Origin: Breznakia blatticola
GTDB taxonomy: Bacteria; Bacillota_I; Bacilli_A; Erysipelotrichales; Erysipelotrichaceae
DNA: 32,000 bases
Direction: 5' to 3'
Assembly: GCF_004365815.1 (NCBI RefSeq)
Contig: NZ_SODD01000016.1
Coordinates: 1 to 32,000, forward strand
Positions within the stretch are counted from its first letter, which is position 1. Each line of letters starts with the position of its first letter. Position numbers and translations under genes: made by a program. Under the pieces are notes generated by a model. That model worked only from the letters and a program-made list of their open reading frames with translations. It was not told the DNA's origin and ran no database searches. Below, in pieces: positions 31,800-32,000 of the stretch.

Positions 31800-32000
31800 G
31801 TGATAGCAATTGGATTCACTCTTACTTTACTGATATTAGTAATTGTTGAATATGTTACTCGCTATGATAAATGTCTAGCTCATTGTCATCGATTGAATAA
31901 AGATCAATTGGCAAAGCTTAATCTGATAAAGATTGATGAATATCATGATAGAACAACTCGCGTCTATGTATATCAGTTCAAGGATGTAGAGTTTGTTGTA
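31800..32000 (+). CDS. Partial ORF (runs off the window), N-terminal TM helix
   Basis: GTG 31800 with a GAGGGGG SD 7 nt upstream. (M)IAIGFTLTLLILVIVEYV... is open to the window end. Confidence 0.35.
   Translation, partial: MIAIGFTLTLLILVIVEYVTRYDKCLAHCHRLNKDQLAKLNLIKIDEYHDRTTRVYVYQFKDVEFVV

Larger units (their letters stand above)
24792..32000. mobile_element. Putative tRNA-Leu-adjacent genomic island (partial; right end outside the window)
   Basis: There is an abrupt switch from recognisable core genes to ORFans at a tRNA 3' end. The block is visibly more AT-rich (not computed) and has two Cro-like XRE genes and many small membrane proteins. No integrase or att repeat is seen inside the window. 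Confidence 0.45.

Overview
This is a low-GC, Bacillota-type chromosomal segment. It has S-box and T-box leaders, SD-dependent starts and many rho-independent terminators. A finer taxonomic call would be guesswork.

Bases 1 to about 24.8 kb are mostly recognisable core genes:
- mscL, a membrane-anchored NlpC/P60 hydrolase, murA, rpmE, prfA-prmC and a lipoprotein.
- A 1217-aa Cna-B-repeat surface adhesin, followed by a sigma-70/ECF-like factor fused to a TM helix and an extracytoplasmic domain.
- feoA-feoA-feoB plus a small Cys-rich protein, and a convergent arsC-like/dtxR-like pair.
- SAM riboswitch-metK, and Met T-box-metG-GNAT-nitroreductase.
- A MerR-TM protein, a small AraC-type HTH plus map, tRNA-Asn, an IMPase-family gene and a tRNA Leu-Cys-Leu cluster.

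From the 3' end of tRNA-Leu(UAA) at 24791 to the window end lies a visibly AT-richer block of ORFans with no recombinase in view. It contains:
- two Cro-like XRE regulators;
- a triplicated inverted-heptamer/hairpin/RBS module driving small hydrophobic ORFs (type I toxin-like);
- a minus-strand promoter-terminator unit (candidate sRNA);
- a translationally coupled 4-gene membrane-protein operon;
- terminators oriented for the minus strand, implying antisense transcription;
- a GC-rich operator-like motif that occurs twice;
- a 392-aa basic ORFan behind a 250-nt leader;
- a Toprim-like DxDxxG protein with a start-frame anomaly.

This island is my best candidate for an undescribed system. All functional readings of it are inference from sequence patterns only. 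No searches or folding computations were run.
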